From NCBI GenBank assembly GCA_951406725.2, contig OX597824.1:64728001-64792000 (forward strand): a stretch of DNA of 64,000 bases. Direction: 5' to 3'. The translations under genes and the position numbers were made by a program. Position 1 is the first letter of the stretch. Each line of letters opens with the position of its first letter. A model generated the notes under the pieces. It worked only from the letters and a program-made list of their open reading frames with translations. It searched no databases and was not told where the DNA came from. Shown one piece after another: positions 25,326-39,634 of this stretch. This stretch comes from Octopus vulgaris (Eukaryota).

Positions 25326-26575
25326 TTGGCTTGGCAAGAAAGTAATTTTGGTTTTTTAGTGTGAAATAAGTCATTTTTTTCATACAAAGAAATAACTTTA
25401 ATCAATTATATATTTTCCATTTTGTTCGATGACCTATTGCCATCTTTCTGGCAACTTCATGATTCCGCGTTCATAGAACTTCTGATTCTTATCAGCCAAA
25501 AACCGAAACAAGTACAATTTCAGATCGTCATCATTATTGGAAGTTTTACCATTCAAAGAATTTTGCAAACTTCGAAATAAATTGTAATCTGATGGTGCAA
25601 GGTTAGAGCTATATGGTGGATGTGACATCACTTCCTAACAAAGCTCTAATAATTTTTTACGAGTTAGCAAAGACGTTTGTGGTCTAACGTTGTCATGGTG
25701 GAACAAGGTTCCTTTACGATTTGCTAATTCTAACTGTTTTTTTTTTTTATTGCTTCCTCCAGTTTCATTTGTTGTTGATAGTAAACATCTGAATTGATCG
25801 TTTGGTTCCTTGGAAGCAGCTCAAAATACACAACACCTTTGTAATCCCACCAAATTGACAGCATGACCTTTTTTTATGCAATTCAGCTTTCGATGTGGTT
25901 TGTGCTGGTTCGTTACGCTTGACCACGATCATTTTCGATTGATGTTATTGTAGACAATGCATTTTTCATCACCAGTGATGATTTTGATTCATAGCGTTTG
26001 AGATGCGTATCGCAAATATTGATTCGTTGCGTTATGTGAATCTCTTCCAATTTATGTGGAACCCAAATATCGGGCTTCTTAACGAGTCCAAGACATTTTA
26101 AACTATTTTCAATTGTTGTGTGTAATAAATTTAACCTCTCTCCAATCTCTCGCACAGTTATTTGACAATCAGATTCAATTATGGCTTTGATTCTGTCATC
26201 ATCAACTTTAGCGGGTCAACCAAAACGTTGGTCAGCTTTGAGTGAAAAATCTCCAGAACGGAATTTTTTAAACCATATCTGATATGTGCGTCCTGTTAAG
26301 CAATCAATACCATAAACTTCACATATCTCTTTTTGAGCCTCAGCACCTTTCTTGCCTTTGTGGAAAAAAAAAAATTAAAAAATATGGCAAAAACGGTCGA
26401 TTTTGCACTACAAGTTAAAATTGTCACTGAACTAACAGTTACAAACAAAATTACGCGCAATTTGCTTCCAAAGTAAGCTAAAAGTAAGTACCATCAAACA
26501 CCAAAAGAAAAAAAATCATAACATTGACAAAAGTCGTTCTATAAATTGTTCTATAAATTACTTATTTGCCAATCC

Positions 26576-26576
<1 letters not shown>
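25326..26576 (-). mobile_element. Full-length mariner (DD34D) relic
   Basis: TIRs TTGGCTTGGCAAGAAAGTAATTT / AAATTACTTATTTGCCAATCCA. Peptides WVPHKL and HPPYSSNLAPSDYNLFRSLQN. Confidence 0.92.
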
Positions 26577-26606
<30 letters not shown>

Positions 26607-26854
26607 GTGTGGAGCCTATTTTCAAAACCGGTAAAAGTGCACATGTGATCGATTTTCTAATAGCTATTAAAACACAGTCTGCAAGCTGCTGGCTTCACGC
26701 ACGTAAAATATTTATCAGTCAAACTGAGACAGATGCCATATAGACAGTAAGCGAATCTTAGTCTTCCAATCAAAATCAAATATAATCAAATTGTTGTTTT
26801 AAAAAATTACTCAAAAGTTATTGCGATGCATATATCTAGTTTTGAATGTAAGTT

Positions 26855-26879
26855 CATATATGTATATGTACATGTATAC

Positions 26880-26915
<36 letters not shown>

Positions 26916-26916
26916 A

Positions 26917-26984
<68 letters not shown>

Positions 26985-27215
26985 CATATACATATATACA
27001 CATATATATATACATACATATACATACATATATATATACATGCATATATATATATATACACATACATATGTGTATATATATATATGAATGTATATGTATG
27101 TAAATACGTACATACATTCATGCATATATTAATGCATATATTAATGAGCATGCATGCATGTATATGCATATATATGATATACACATAAATACACCAAACA
27201 CACTCACACACACAT
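26855..27215. repeat. (TATATG)n-(TA)n-(CATATA)n compound microsatellite
   Basis: Seen directly. Confidence 0.95.
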
Positions 27216-27262
27216 AGATCATGCTCACATGGGTGTTTGTGAATACATATAGTACATACATA

Positions 27263-27477
27263 AGAGGGTGTGCTGAAAAGTTCCTGGCTTTAAGGGTGTT
27301 GCGAAGGGCCTGGTTGAAGGCCCAACCTTCCAAGTTCTTTTACATGCCTTAGAAAAACTAAAGTAGCGCTACAATAAGTGTGTGAATCTTTGAGGAATAT
27401 GTTGAATAAAATCACAATTAACTGATCCACCTGCATTTTCTTTTACCTAAAGCCAGAAACTTTTTAGAACACCGTCA
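27263..27477. mobile_element. Mariner-type MITE (~215 bp)
   Basis: TA-AGAGGGTGTGCTGAAAAGTTCCTGGCTTTA ... TAAAGCCAGAAACTTTTTAGAACACCGTCA-TA. Confidence 0.75.
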
Positions 27478-27509
27478 TATATTGAATAGGGAAGGCTGCC
27501 AACTGACTC

Positions 27510-27675
27510 TGTTTAGCGGCATTTTGTCTGACTTTATTGTCTGAGTTTAAATTCTGCTGAGGTCGATTTTGCCTTTCATCCTTTCGGAGACGATAAAATA
27601 AGTACTAGGGTCGATGCAATCGACTTATTCCCCACTTCCGAAATTGTTGACCTTCTGCCAAAACTTGAAACCAGT
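27510..27675 (+). mobile_element. Family B SINE
   Basis: GCCTTTCATCCTTTCGGAGACGATAAAATAAGTAC core. Confidence 0.75.
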
Positions 27676-27731
27676 ATTTGTTGATTCATTATTTTAAATA
27701 AATAAATAATTAATCATTTATTTTATTTCAG

Positions 27732-27868
27732 GTAGAGTTTGAAGAGCCTTGAACAAATCATTTGGACTTTTAATTCGGACCCTTTTATATTGCTGTTAAA
27801 GCTACCACTAGGATTACTTACCTTATCCAAAACAAGGAGTGTTATTCCAAGATCAATTGTACGATTAC
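27732..27868 (+). other. Candidate internal exon (137 nt), probably non-coding or UTR
   Basis: Acceptor TTTTATTTCAG| at 27731 and donor TAC|GTAAGT at 27868/27869. Non-repetitive interior with stops in all three frames from this acceptor. Confidence 0.4.
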
Positions 27869-28209
27869 GTAAGTATGTCTTTATAATTATTTTGATTAGA
27901 AAGTATATTTTTCAGTGCAGTAAAGCCTAAATGTAAAATAAAATCTCAGAAAATCATTTTTTAGAAGACAGAAAAAGAACAAGTTTGTAAATTTTATATC
28001 AAATGCTCCTGTCATGTAGGTGTGTGTTTATGTACATATATATGCATGGATATGTGCGCATATTTATATATATATATATATATAAATATATATATATACA
28101 CATACATACTTATATATGTATATATACTTATATATTTAAATATATGTGTGTATGTATATATATATGTATATTTACATATATATACTTATATATATATGTG
28201 TCTGTGTAC

Positions 28210-28725
28210 GCAGTGAGAGCTAGCAATGACCTTCATGAGGCAATGTGCTGTGTTTACATCGTTGTGTTTACTTCGCAAGCTGTGATCACGTGCATGCTGT
28301 TGTCTGTGATTTTGTCATGGGAAGGAACAAACAGCCAACGTGAAATTTTGCGTTAAACTCGGAAAGTCTGCTCCAGAGGCATTGTGCATGCTTCGGCAAG
28401 CTTACTGTGACTAGGCAATGGGTCGTACGCAATGTTTTGTGTGGTACGGGCGTCTCAAAAGCGGGGGAACGTCCCCGGAAGACGATGAACGATCTGGAAG
28501 AACTGCCATTAGCGTTACCCCCGAAAACGCGGTATTGAGTATCGAGAATTCCCCCGCCTCCAAAAAAAAAAAAGGCCGACTGTCAATCGAGAGTTCTAGT
28601 AGGACGGTTTGAAGGCGACTGGATCTGTGGGGTGCGAAGAATTGTATTATTCACCGAACTCTTTTCACTCGTGAGATTCTCGTCAAAGACAACACAGTAT
28701 CATTTCCGCACCTGCCCTATTCACT
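28210..28725 (+). mobile_element. Internally deleted mariner fragment
   Basis: ANVKFCVKLGKSAPEALCMLRQAY..AMGRTQCFVWYGRLKSG..EDDERSGR, then a PHLPYS remnant. Confidence 0.8.
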
Positions 28726-28989
28726 GTCTTTCCTCTCCCTCTTTCTACAGTTAACGTTTATTGCCAATTCATCCACTTATTCCTTTATTTATCTGTTTCT
28801 TATTTTTACTTTATTCTTAAATATTTGTCTAGCATTTGTCTCTTATCTTTTTCTCTTTTTTTCTTTCTCTCTTAATTTCTTTGACTTTGTATGATCTTTT
28901 CCTGAACGTATGCTTCATTTAAATAAGGCAGACTTGACTCCACCTATGTATTTCGATTGCAATGGGATGGTGTCAGTGATATTTACGCA

Positions 28990-29700
28990 ACAATTTGTTA
29001 CGTAACCACTTGAAATGCATTCGTAGTGTCAATAATTACTTTGGCATTACTCACCAAGTCCTTTGTGAACCGTTCTCCGGCTATCTATCTGCGGCTTTAT
29101 ATAGCTATGGTGCGACCTCACCTGGAATTTGCAACCCATATCTTGCCCAGGATATTAATCGTCTGGAAGCCGTTCAGCGACGTGCAGTCAAGACAATACC
29201 CTCCATCAGGCATTTGCTATATTCTGAACGCCTTACTTCCCTGGGCATGGATACATTGAAACTCCGACGTCTGGCAGCTGACTTGGCAGACACCCATAAA
29301 ATTACTCTGAGCAATAACTCTGAGCACCTTTTCAAACTCCACCTGTCTAACACCTGCGGACATGTTTACAAAGTCAGAAAACAGCACAGCTCCCATGACT
29401 TTCGGAAACATTTTTTCACGCTAAGAGTTGCTGAAGCATGGAACAAACTGCCTGCATCAATTGTTAGTTGTCGGAGCACTGCATCCTTCAAAACTTCCAT
29501 GCTTCCTGAGATTCGCCAATACTACACCTGATTTCCTCCCCTCCATACACACGCAAGCATGTATCTGACTCATACACTGTTCACTTTCCAGACATTTGTA
29601 CATTACTGCATATACTTTATACGCACTTTTTGACAGGTTGTGGTGCACCTGAGCACTGTATACGATAATTTCATTATTATTATTATTATTATATATTATT
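28990..29700 (+). mobile_element. CR1/L2-clade LINE 3' end
   Basis: LYIAMVRPHLEFA, DINRLEAVQRRA, YSERLTSLGMDTLKLRRL and RKHFFTLRVAEAWNKLP, followed by a 3' UTR and (ATT)n tail. Confidence 0.88.
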
Positions 29701-29720
29701 ATTAATATTTTCTACTTATA

Positions 29721-29760
<40 letters not shown>

Positions 29761-29829
29761 GCGCAGACACATGACTACACACACCGATAAACACATACGC
29801 ACACACACTCACAAACATTTTATTCTAAA

Positions 29830-30730
29830 ATAGTCAAGTTTTAATTTGAAGGACCATAAAGTAAATTTTGACACAATCCTGACTGTTGTTCCCAATCGAT
29901 CTGAGTAGAATTAGCAACGGAATATTGAAAAGAATTATTCCAGAAATCAAAAAATATATATAACATATCCTATATATTCGAAGTACTTTCACAACACAAA
30001 ATGTTAGAAAATTAACACATCTTCTCCATTTCTATTTGGCATTGACAATGATTGTTCATTAATTTCACCTAACTCTATAAATGAATCTCTAATATACATC
30101 TCGTTAGTTACACTAATCTTAAGGACAAAATCAACATAATGTCAAGAAAATACATCAATGAAGAACTTTATTGTCATAAGACTTAAACACTAATGGGCTC
30201 ATCAGACTTAACCCAGGTTACTGATTTTTTTAGGACATTCATGGAGGATTATAGAAGAATGATGTTCTGTTAAATGCCTTCTCCTTTAGAAATACTTCGC
30301 AAAAGACTAAACGGATTCTTTAGAGATTTTAATTATCAGCTAATGAATAATTATTTAATGATAATGCTGAATATTGTAATGAAGCAACGAAAAGAGGTAG
30401 CTTCAATGATAAATTAAGTAAAAACCTCTCGAAGAACAAGGAAAAATTACCATAAGGATCGGTACGTCCCCAGAACTATGGAAAATTAGTAACAAATCCC
30501 ACCTGTTTTTTTCTATTCTATACACAAATCAGAATAAGACTACTGGAGACATAATGTAGCGATTATTAAAGCTCCAAATTCGAATCATCCGAACTTTAAT
30601 AGAAATATAATGAATAGATACAAGAATAATACGACTAGAAGTCCTGCTAATGACGAGGGAGCATCAGGTAAGATAAGAAATGCTTCTAGAAAACCTTTCA
30701 TATCCCACCAAACAGATAATAATACCGTAC
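29830..30730 (+). mobile_element. Very decayed Penelope-like RT fragment
   Basis: NLKDHKVNF, DLSRISNGILKRIIPEIK and SNHP remnants are collinear with the 63005-63370 and 5435-6375 peptides. Confidence 0.55.
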
Positions 30731-30734
30731 GTGG

Positions 30735-31446
30735 GTAAAAACCTTTAGTCTGGGGTGCCGGTAATTCTTATTTCCCTACCCACTGTCTTTGGCGCTTGAC
30801 ATTTTTATAGAGAACCCATTTCTCATCACCAGTCTTTATTCTGCCCAGAAAAGGTTCATCCGTGCGATGCGACAGCAAAGAAGAGCGCACATTCCCTCTC
30901 TGCACGTGATTAGACTCGGTAAGTTTGTGAGGGAACCATGACCCAATTTGCTGACTTTTACGATGGCACGCAGTTGTCGATCCAAGCTTCTCTGCTAGTT
31001 TCTCAGCAGTTACTATGGGATTTTGTTCCACCAGGTTTTGCAGGACGTTCTCGTCGAGCTCTACAGATCTTCCAGGATGAGGCTCGTCTTCTAGGCTGTA
31101 GTTTCCGGCTCGGAATTTCTGGGATCACTGTTGACACTGGCTTACGCTTATTGTCCGGTCCCCCATACACTGCATTAATATTCCTCGCACTTTCCGTTGC
31201 GTTGTTGCCTTTATTGAACTCATAAAGCAAAATATGCCCAATATGCTTCTTTGTCACTTCCATTATAGCTTTGAAAAAATAGCTGTTAAAATCGAACTGC
31301 AACGCTTCAAAACTTGCACTGAGAATAAGGATAAGGTAAAATTACTACCTGCTTTTATAGCAAGTTGGTGCAGGTAGTTTCTCCCCTCCCCTTCGACTTT
31401 TATTTCATGCATTTGAAAAAACCGCATTATTTATGGGATGAACCAA
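30735..31446 (-). mobile_element. Truncated mariner (Mos1-like N-terminus) retaining one TIR
   Basis: MEVTKKHIGHILLYEFNKGNNATESARNINAVYG, WFPHKL and TGDEKWVLY. The terminus ...ATTTATGGGATGAACCAA is followed by TA. Confidence 0.88.
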
Positions 31447-33005
31447 TACATGTAGATATATTTATTTGCTAAGGATGCTTATACAATTGTCATGCATGTG
31501 CATCTGTGAATATATGTATATGTGTGTACCAGTGTCAACGAACAGTTGTGAGGATGGAAGGTAATAAGCAATTTAACTCGCAGCGAGAATGAAAAATCAT
31601 AGAGATATCATATTGTAACCACATAACATTGAACACAATTCTACTGTCTTCGGAGACACAATGGTAACGCAAATACTTTTTATCTACAATATATAGCATG
31701 TTTCCTCTGTTTACTAAGTATAGAGCTAAGTTCTTAACCTAATTTAAAAACAAGAGGATTGCAGTAAAGCTGCATGATAGTGCTGTCAGACTTGGCATGC
31801 AAACCATCATATAACTTGTTTGACATTGCTTTTATTTTGCTCTTTCGTTTTACAAATTCAGTGTACACATGCGCATTGCGTGTTCATACTTCTTTTTCCG
31901 GTTCTTACTCAAAACTGTTTACAGATCACAACCATCTTACGAATTTGCGTTCGTGCGGAGCTCTTCGTGCTCCAACGGTTGTGTAAAATGTAACGAAACA
32001 AGGAGAGAAGGGAAATATGAGTTGTGTCCCATTGGTCCTTTATAATGGGAATTAACAATAGTTGGTGTGGTTAACTCGACGGGAAAAGGTTAAATTTTAT
32101 GAGATTGTATGTCTAATCCGGAAAGGGTGGCGTTCTGCAGTTCGGTAATAGAAACTTGTCGAGATACTTGCATTTAGTGAAAGTTCAGGATCTAGAATTC
32201 AGTGGGTCGGTGGTATTCTTAGATTTAAAACGCTTATGTTTTCTTTCGGCTATAAAAAGTTTGCATCTCTGTGACACCCTATACAAGCTCATCCGACTAT
32301 CGTACTACCAGAGAATGAAACTTATTGCGGCCGACAGCTCAATCCTGTGTTTATTAAATTATGTTATTTCTCACTGGATGGATGAGTAGGATTGCTGCTC
32401 CTACATGTAATGGAACAGTGCTCTATATGTGTGTTACTATATGCGTGTATATAAATTTACTATATATGTACGTGTGTATGTATGTATATGTTTATGTGAC
32501 TGTGTGTGTGGCGGTGTTCTTTATATCTTCTTCAGGGTTTTTGTTAATCTGTCGTCCTCTTACAAAAATCTTTTGTTTTCATTTTTAAACATAAGTTTTT
32601 TCAAATATTGCGATATTAAAAAATGTTCTCTTAAATTTTTAAACATGTAGTGTGTGCGTGCGCATGCTCCCACGTGAGTTCCGAACGTTTCCTGATCTCC
32701 GGCTTCAGTGTTTCTCTAATTTTTTTTTTGTCATAGTACAATTTCCTATTTCGAAAGGAAGTTCACAAAAGATAATTAACTTAACGTTGTTTGTAACAAA
32801 GTTCAATTTATGAATGCGCTAATTAATTATCAATTACTAATTACATTTGCCAAATAACAAAATTAAAATTGTCCATTTGTATGAGATTAATAAAATACCT
32901 ATATTTTAAGCTATTTAATTTTCAGAGTTCTATCAGTGCGTCATTCATTTTCAACTTTATAACTTTCATTGTATTCGGTAATAATTCATGGGTTGCACGC
33001 AGGAC

Positions 33006-33007
<2 letters not shown>

Positions 33008-33072
<65 letters not shown>
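33008..33072. repeat. (TG)n microsatellite
   Basis: Seen directly. Confidence 0.97.
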
Positions 33073-33074
<2 letters not shown>

Positions 33075-33161
33075 CAGTTCACTATTTAATTCTATCATAA
33101 TTGTATGAAAGAAAAAATCGAATATTGGCGGTAATATTACGTTTGTCATATTGACCACCTG

Positions 33162-33550
<389 letters not shown>

Positions 33551-33599
33551 GTTATTATCATTCATATACACTCAACAGATTAGACTATTGGAAAAGAAA

Positions 33600-33896
33600 A
33601 AAACATCTAAGATGCCAAGAACCCTCCTAAGTATCTTAGCTGTCCCTAATAACACTGTTTTCTGGAACTGTACTGAACTGGATGTTATGCCTATTTCCTC
33701 TACTCATTTGTTCAAATCTGTAGGGATAGTTCCCAATGCACCTAGAGCTACTAGGATACATTTTACTCGCAGTTTCTGTAGCCTCTATAAATATAGGTCC
33801 TGGTACTTTGCTATTTTTTCTATAACTCTCATATTAATTTTTTCATAGTTTAGGACTGTAACGTCAATTATCTGGCACTTTGACAATTCTCTTTGT

Positions 33897-33947
<51 letters not shown>

Positions 33948-34520
33948 AATCAGGCCTTCTAGCTTCTATTACTTTGTCAGTCTGAAAGTTAAGTCCCACA
34001 GCATCTTATATTTCTTAGTTTCTTGTACTTTACTAGGTTCATGTTCATGTCATTTGTCAGTATGTTCAAATCTTAGCTTTCTACATAATTCCCAGTGGAT
34101 TACTCTTCCTTGGTTGTCATGTCTTTTCTTGTATTCTTTATGTGCCAGCATGCTACATTCACTATGTGAGTAATGCTTTCCTTTTTTCATAGCCTAAATT
34201 GAGAATCTACTTGGTTTTTGTCTATCTTGGCTTTTATCCAATTAGTCCTTAATGTTTGATTTTGTGCTGCTATTGACAAACTTTGTGTCTCCCTTTTCAG
34301 CCTTCCTTTCCGCAACCATAATCATGTCTCACTACTACTATTTGCTGCAGCTATCTTTGGGAATCTACCATGCAAAGCCTTCTCCTACCAGTCAGATAAC
34401 TTGTTCTTTTTTCTGGTTTTTAAGTTCGTTTGGGTTTTTGGTATCCCTATGTCTTGCTGTAACTCTAGCAGTCATTAATAAACTTACTTCACTATTACCT
34501 ACATAGGAATCTATATCTAC
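33600..34520 (-). mobile_element. R4/Dong-type (restriction-like endonuclease) non-LTR 3' fragment
   Basis: Minus strand RHDNQGRVIHWELC, FQTDKVIEARRPD and GALGTIP. Interrupted by (CTA)n at about 33897-33946. Confidence 0.8.
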
Positions 34521-34973
34521 TTTATATCTACAGGCACGTGAATCACAGCCATATGTACGCGACATGGTGATCTCATATCAAGATAAACAGCACATGACCA
34601 GGCAGATGGGACCCAGTTAGAATTTTCTTTAGGTCGAATGCCCCGTCCTGCTCAAAAGGTCCCTGAATAAAATTTGTTTAAGGATAATGAAGGAAACACC
34701 CATGTTCCCAAAGGTGAATTATTCAAACTCCAAAGAATTCTTCTCGACACATGGCTATGATGCTCCCCCACTACTTCTGCCCGTGAACAGAGATGCACAT
34801 ATCGTCAGCCACTAAGGGACATACTCAACTGGTTAAGGTCAAGAAACTGACGAGCAATTCTGTTGGATTGAGTAGAGTATTTGGTGCAACCCATCTTTTA
34901 TACAAAGACAAATCAATGTACATGATAACACTTCCAGTCAGTTAAGATCAAAAACTATGTGAACCACTTTCTG

Positions 34974-35006
34974 GTATTATTGTTGTTGTTGTTATTATTA
35001 TTATTA

Positions 35007-35103
<97 letters not shown>

Positions 35104-35278
35104 GGCTTGCTGGCAGAAGTTGTTATCACGCCGGGCAAAATGCTTAGCGGTATTTCGTCGTTATTTAGGCTCTGAGTTCAAATTCAGACGAGGTCGACTT
35201 TGTTTTTCATCCTTTCGGAATTGATAAAATAAGTACTAGTTGAAGACTAGGCTCAATGTAATCGATTTAACCCCTCCC
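34974..35278 (+). mobile_element. (ATT)n tract plus family B SINE
   Basis: Family B core seen from 35103. Confidence 0.8.
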
Positions 35279-35319
35279 GTGTATTCGGCAGCAACAGCAA
35301 TAGCACCAAAAACAGGTGT

Positions 35320-35790
35320 ACAGCCTGTGACACTCCACAACTCTGAAGTCATAGCCACAAGGAAGTATTGCGACCGTATCTGGGATGCTGCTGCTACGAA
35401 CTCTGATACTCTGGATCACGCCCAGAATATGACAATTCGGTTGTCATTATGCCATCGCTAATGGAGACGCACTAACATCAAACCCCCGTTGAATGCTGTC
35501 TCATTTCTTTGGAATCATTCTATTCCTACTCTAACGATCTCTACTCTTTGGGTCTAACTGATCTCAAACCTTCACTCCAGATATCCCAGATCCATTCGTC
35601 TCTCCCTCTCTTGTCCTTCTTAGTACATCCAACTCGCCTTTCTCCGCACCAACTTCTATTTCCAATCCTTCCTCCCCACAACATCGGCCCTCTGGAATCT
35701 TCTCCATGCTCATTTCTTTCCTGCAGTTCTTGGCCTACAATAGTTTTAACAGGACATTAACAGCGTCAATTTCACTTGTCTCGGAGGGTC
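35320..35790 (+). mobile_element. Decayed CR1/L2-like RT 3' fragment
   Basis: YCDRIWDAAA (cf. EYCSxIW) and LWNLLH remnants. Confidence 0.45.
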
Positions 35791-36148
35791 TGCAACGAGC
35801 ATGGTGTCATAGTCTCCACTTCTTCCTCCTAACTCAACAAGTAGTACATGCATAAACTTGACTGTAGAGTGACTATAATATGTCTAGACAGCAACACTGC
35901 ACACGATTCAATTCTTCAACGCATGATGGAATGTGTTGTATATCACTATGTGATATTATCGCATATCTGAAAGTCTTGATCTCTGGATCGTGACTATTCT
36001 TTCGGCCGACAACGAACGTCTACAAGGTCTCCTCTGTCAGATTTGACCTAACGTTACAAAAGATGAACAACACCGTATGAAATAAATTAATTAATTAACC
36101 TTACTAAGAGTTAGTGTAATACTTTAGAGTTACGTTTATCAGTACAGT

Positions 36149-36392
36149 GGAGGCACGTGGCTTAGTGGTTAGGGTGTCAGCACCATGATCGTAAGGTTGT
36201 GGTTTCGAATCCTGGACCGGGCGACGCGTTGTGTTCTTGAGCAAAATACTTCATTTCGCGTTGCTCCAGTAACAGCTGGCAAAAATGAGTAACGCTGCGA
36301 TGGACTGGCGTCCCGTACAGCTGGGAAACACATACGCCATAGAAACCGGGAAACCGGGCTTATGCGTCTGGCTAGGCTTTAAAAAGGGCGCA
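36149..36392 (+). mobile_element. Family C (V-domain-type) SINE
   Basis: GGCACGTGGCTTAGTGGTTAGG...GTGTTCTTGAGCAAAATACTT. Confidence 0.85.
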
Positions 36393-36530
36393 TTTGTTTT
36401 TTTTATTTTTTATCAGTACATCCTCGAGTTTCTGTTCCATGCATTAAATGTAAGACCTGCATGCTAATGAATAAATTAATTAAGTTGTTATATCTATTTT
36501 TGTTTACATACTATTTTATTACAAATGAAG

Positions 36531-36742
36531 ATGGCGAGCTGGCAGAATCGCTACCGCTCCGGACAAAATACTTAGCGGTATTTTGTCCGTCCTTACGTTC
36601 TGTGTTCAAATTCCGACGAGGTCAACTTTGCCTTTCATCTTTTCGAGGTCGATAAAATAAGTACCAGTTGAACACTGAGGTAAATGCAATCGACTAGCCT
36701 CCTTCCCCTAACTTGCTGGCTTTGTGCCAAAATTTGAAGCCA
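36531..36742 (+). mobile_element. Family B SINE
   Basis: GGCGAGCTGGCAGAATCG...GCCTTTCATCTTTTCGAGGTCGATAAAATAAGTACCAG. Confidence 0.85.
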
Positions 36743-36889
36743 ATTTTTTTATAAATGTAATTATGCTTAAGCTGGAAATCCATTAATAACCAAAATATGA
36801 CAACAAAGCAAAACAACAGCAAAAAAATGTAAAGTAAAAAGAAATGTAAAGTAAAAATACAAAGTAAAAAGAACAGCAAAAAATGTAAG

Positions 36890-36951
36890 ATATATGTGTG
36901 CCTTGTGTGTGTATGAGTGTGTATACATGTATCTATATCTATATATATATC

Positions 36952-36987
<36 letters not shown>

Positions 36988-37105
36988 CGTGTGTGTGTGT
37001 ATGTAGGTATGTATGCAGGCGCATGCATGTACACATATATACGTATATATACATGCATATACATATGTACATATATACATAAACACATATATATACATGT
37101 GAATG

Positions 37106-37195
<90 letters not shown>

Positions 37196-37250
37196 TACAT
37201 ACTTTGTTTGTGCACGCGCGCGCACGTGTGTATACGCATACATACATACA
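36890..37250. repeat. (TA)/(TG)/(CA) compound microsatellite
   Basis: Seen directly. Confidence 0.95.
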
Positions 37251-37510
37251 CTAATGCAGCGAATTGCAAAAGCAACTGCCCACCAGTTAGCACTTCACTT
37301 CTAACAAACGGCATAAAATGAATTAGAGGAAATTGATAATGTAATATGTGGTGTATCAAATGGCCAGTTATTCAGAGATAAACGTTGCTAAAATAAAAAT
37401 AGTTACGTCCGGCTTATCAGTGATTCAAATAGGAGAAATGACAAGAGCTGGAATCAATCGTGCCAAACAGAAGGCGGAAATAATATCATTAACATAGTGT
37501 ACATAACTGC

Positions 37511-37538
37511 AATCATTATCATCATCACCATCACCATC

Positions 37539-37604
<66 letters not shown>

Positions 37605-37735
37605 GTCAACACCATCTTCGTCATGAACGTGGTCATCAGTACTCATCATCGTAGTTGTTATCGTCGTTGTCATCATCATCATCGTCGTCGTCATCGTCAT
37701 CATCATCATCATCATCATAATCAGCAGCAGCAGCT
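37511..37735. repeat. (CAT)n/(CAC)n/(CGT)n trinucleotide tract
   Basis: Seen directly. Confidence 0.95.
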
Positions 37736-38774
37736 TCCTCATCGTATCGTCAAAACAATAGCCATTGTCATCACCATCATTTTATCTTATAAAACTACAG
37801 GATATGTGTCAAGTTTTCTTTCTTTCTTTCTTTTTTTTGATGATTGCTTTCCCACTTTTTGTCACAGTGAAAGGAGAAATCAGTATGTCTGTGCCGAGAG
37901 ATATGTGTGTATATGTGAGAGAGAGAGAGAGGGGGGGGGGCAGAGAGAAAATGAGAGAGAGAGAATGTCGAATGTATCTTTAAAAAATGCAGATGAGATT
38001 GATAAACAGATGGACGATTGACAGAATAGAAGACAAGGGGAAAGAGAAATAGCCATTAGACGGTAATTTTTATGACAGGCAATCATGCGACCAAACAATA
38101 GAATATAGGGAATGATATAAAAAGGGTTAGAAAAGAAATAATAACACGAGTAAGAGTGGACGGAGAAGTGGAAAGAAGAAAAATAAAACTTTGCTATAGA
38201 GAGGAGGAATTTAGAGAGGTAACAGGATAAAATGACAGTGGTATAAAGAGTGAACAAAGGATGAGGAGGATGACAGAAATGAAAAATATAAGACAGAAGG
38301 GGAGAGAAATTTGCGTATGATATGAAAATGTGTGGTGAGATGGATGAGGTTGTAATAACTAAACAAAGAAGACGAGGCAGATTGTAATTGAGACAACTGA
38401 GTCTAGAAAGTGAGGGTATGGAGACAAAGTGTTAAATAAGTGACTGAATAAACCGAGTGACTAACTCGGGTAGAATATTGGAGGAGAGAAGATGAATGAG
38501 AAAAATGAGAAAAACTGAAAGACGAGAAAATGAAACATAAGAAGACAGTGGGGAAAATGCAGTGACAAAAATGTTAGGAATTATAAAAAAACAAGGGAGA
38601 AATAAAGCTTGTCATTTTTTCAGAGGAACTACATTAGTTACTGTTATTTTTCTGAGTTTTCTGAGTGAATGTACGAATGCAGACGAGAGGAGATTTTGCC
38701 CAAAATGTTTTTTGACAGTCAGATACATAGATAGATTAAAGATATAAATATGTATGTATGCATGCATACATATT

Positions 38775-38978
38775 CTTTTGCTCTTTTATTATTTTAGACG
38801 CTTCAGTCATTTGACTACGGCCATACTGGAGCACCGCCTTGAAGTATTTTAGTCGAACAGATCGACCTCAAGCCTTATTCCTTAAGCATAGTAATTATCA
38901 TATTGACTCATTTTGCCGAACCGCTAATTTACAGTGACATAAACAAAAGCGATGATGGAGGACAAACACAGACACAGA

Positions 38979-39017
<39 letters not shown>

Positions 39018-39157
39018 CATGCAAATACGACGGGCTTCTTCAGTTTTCGACTAACAAATTCATTCACAAGGCTTGCCCAAGGTGCCACGCAGTGGGACTG
39101 AATCTGGAACCATGTGGTTGGAAAACAAGCTTATTACCACACAGCCACGCCAGCACC
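38775..39157 (-). mobile_element. Family A SINE
   Basis: Reverse complement of the family A head at 39080-39157 and of the tail at 38775-38950. Confidence 0.82.
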
Positions 39158-39634
39158 TATGAATATATGAATTTTTAATAGTCTTGCTTTATACTTCATT
39201 GAATTTTTCCTACGCAGACGCAGAATCTGTTCAATCGGGTTAACCCCACGACGGTTTACATAGGACACACACACGCTCGCACACACACACCCACGCACAC
39301 ACACACCCACGCACACACATATATGTATATAAACATGGCTACCGCTCACAATTGAAGATCACTTGCTATCAGCATGTAACATGATTTCGCCAATTGTTTC
39401 AGATTCCGATATAGTCGCGAGCAGTTACAAATACCCACCAGAATATTGAGGACATAATAATAATAATAATGGTTTTAAATTTTGGTACAAGGCTAGGAGA
39501 TAAATCGATTGCGTCGATCCCAGAGCCTAATTGCTACTTATTTTGTCAACTCCGAAAGGATGAAAGATAAAATCGACCTCAACGGAATTTGAGCTCAAAA
39601 CGTAAAGACGTGCCTACGATTCAGCCAGCTTTAA

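Noticed and set aside
34530-34972. Possible additional interspersed repeat
   Set aside because: Single copy in this window with no diagnostic termini; cannot be classified.
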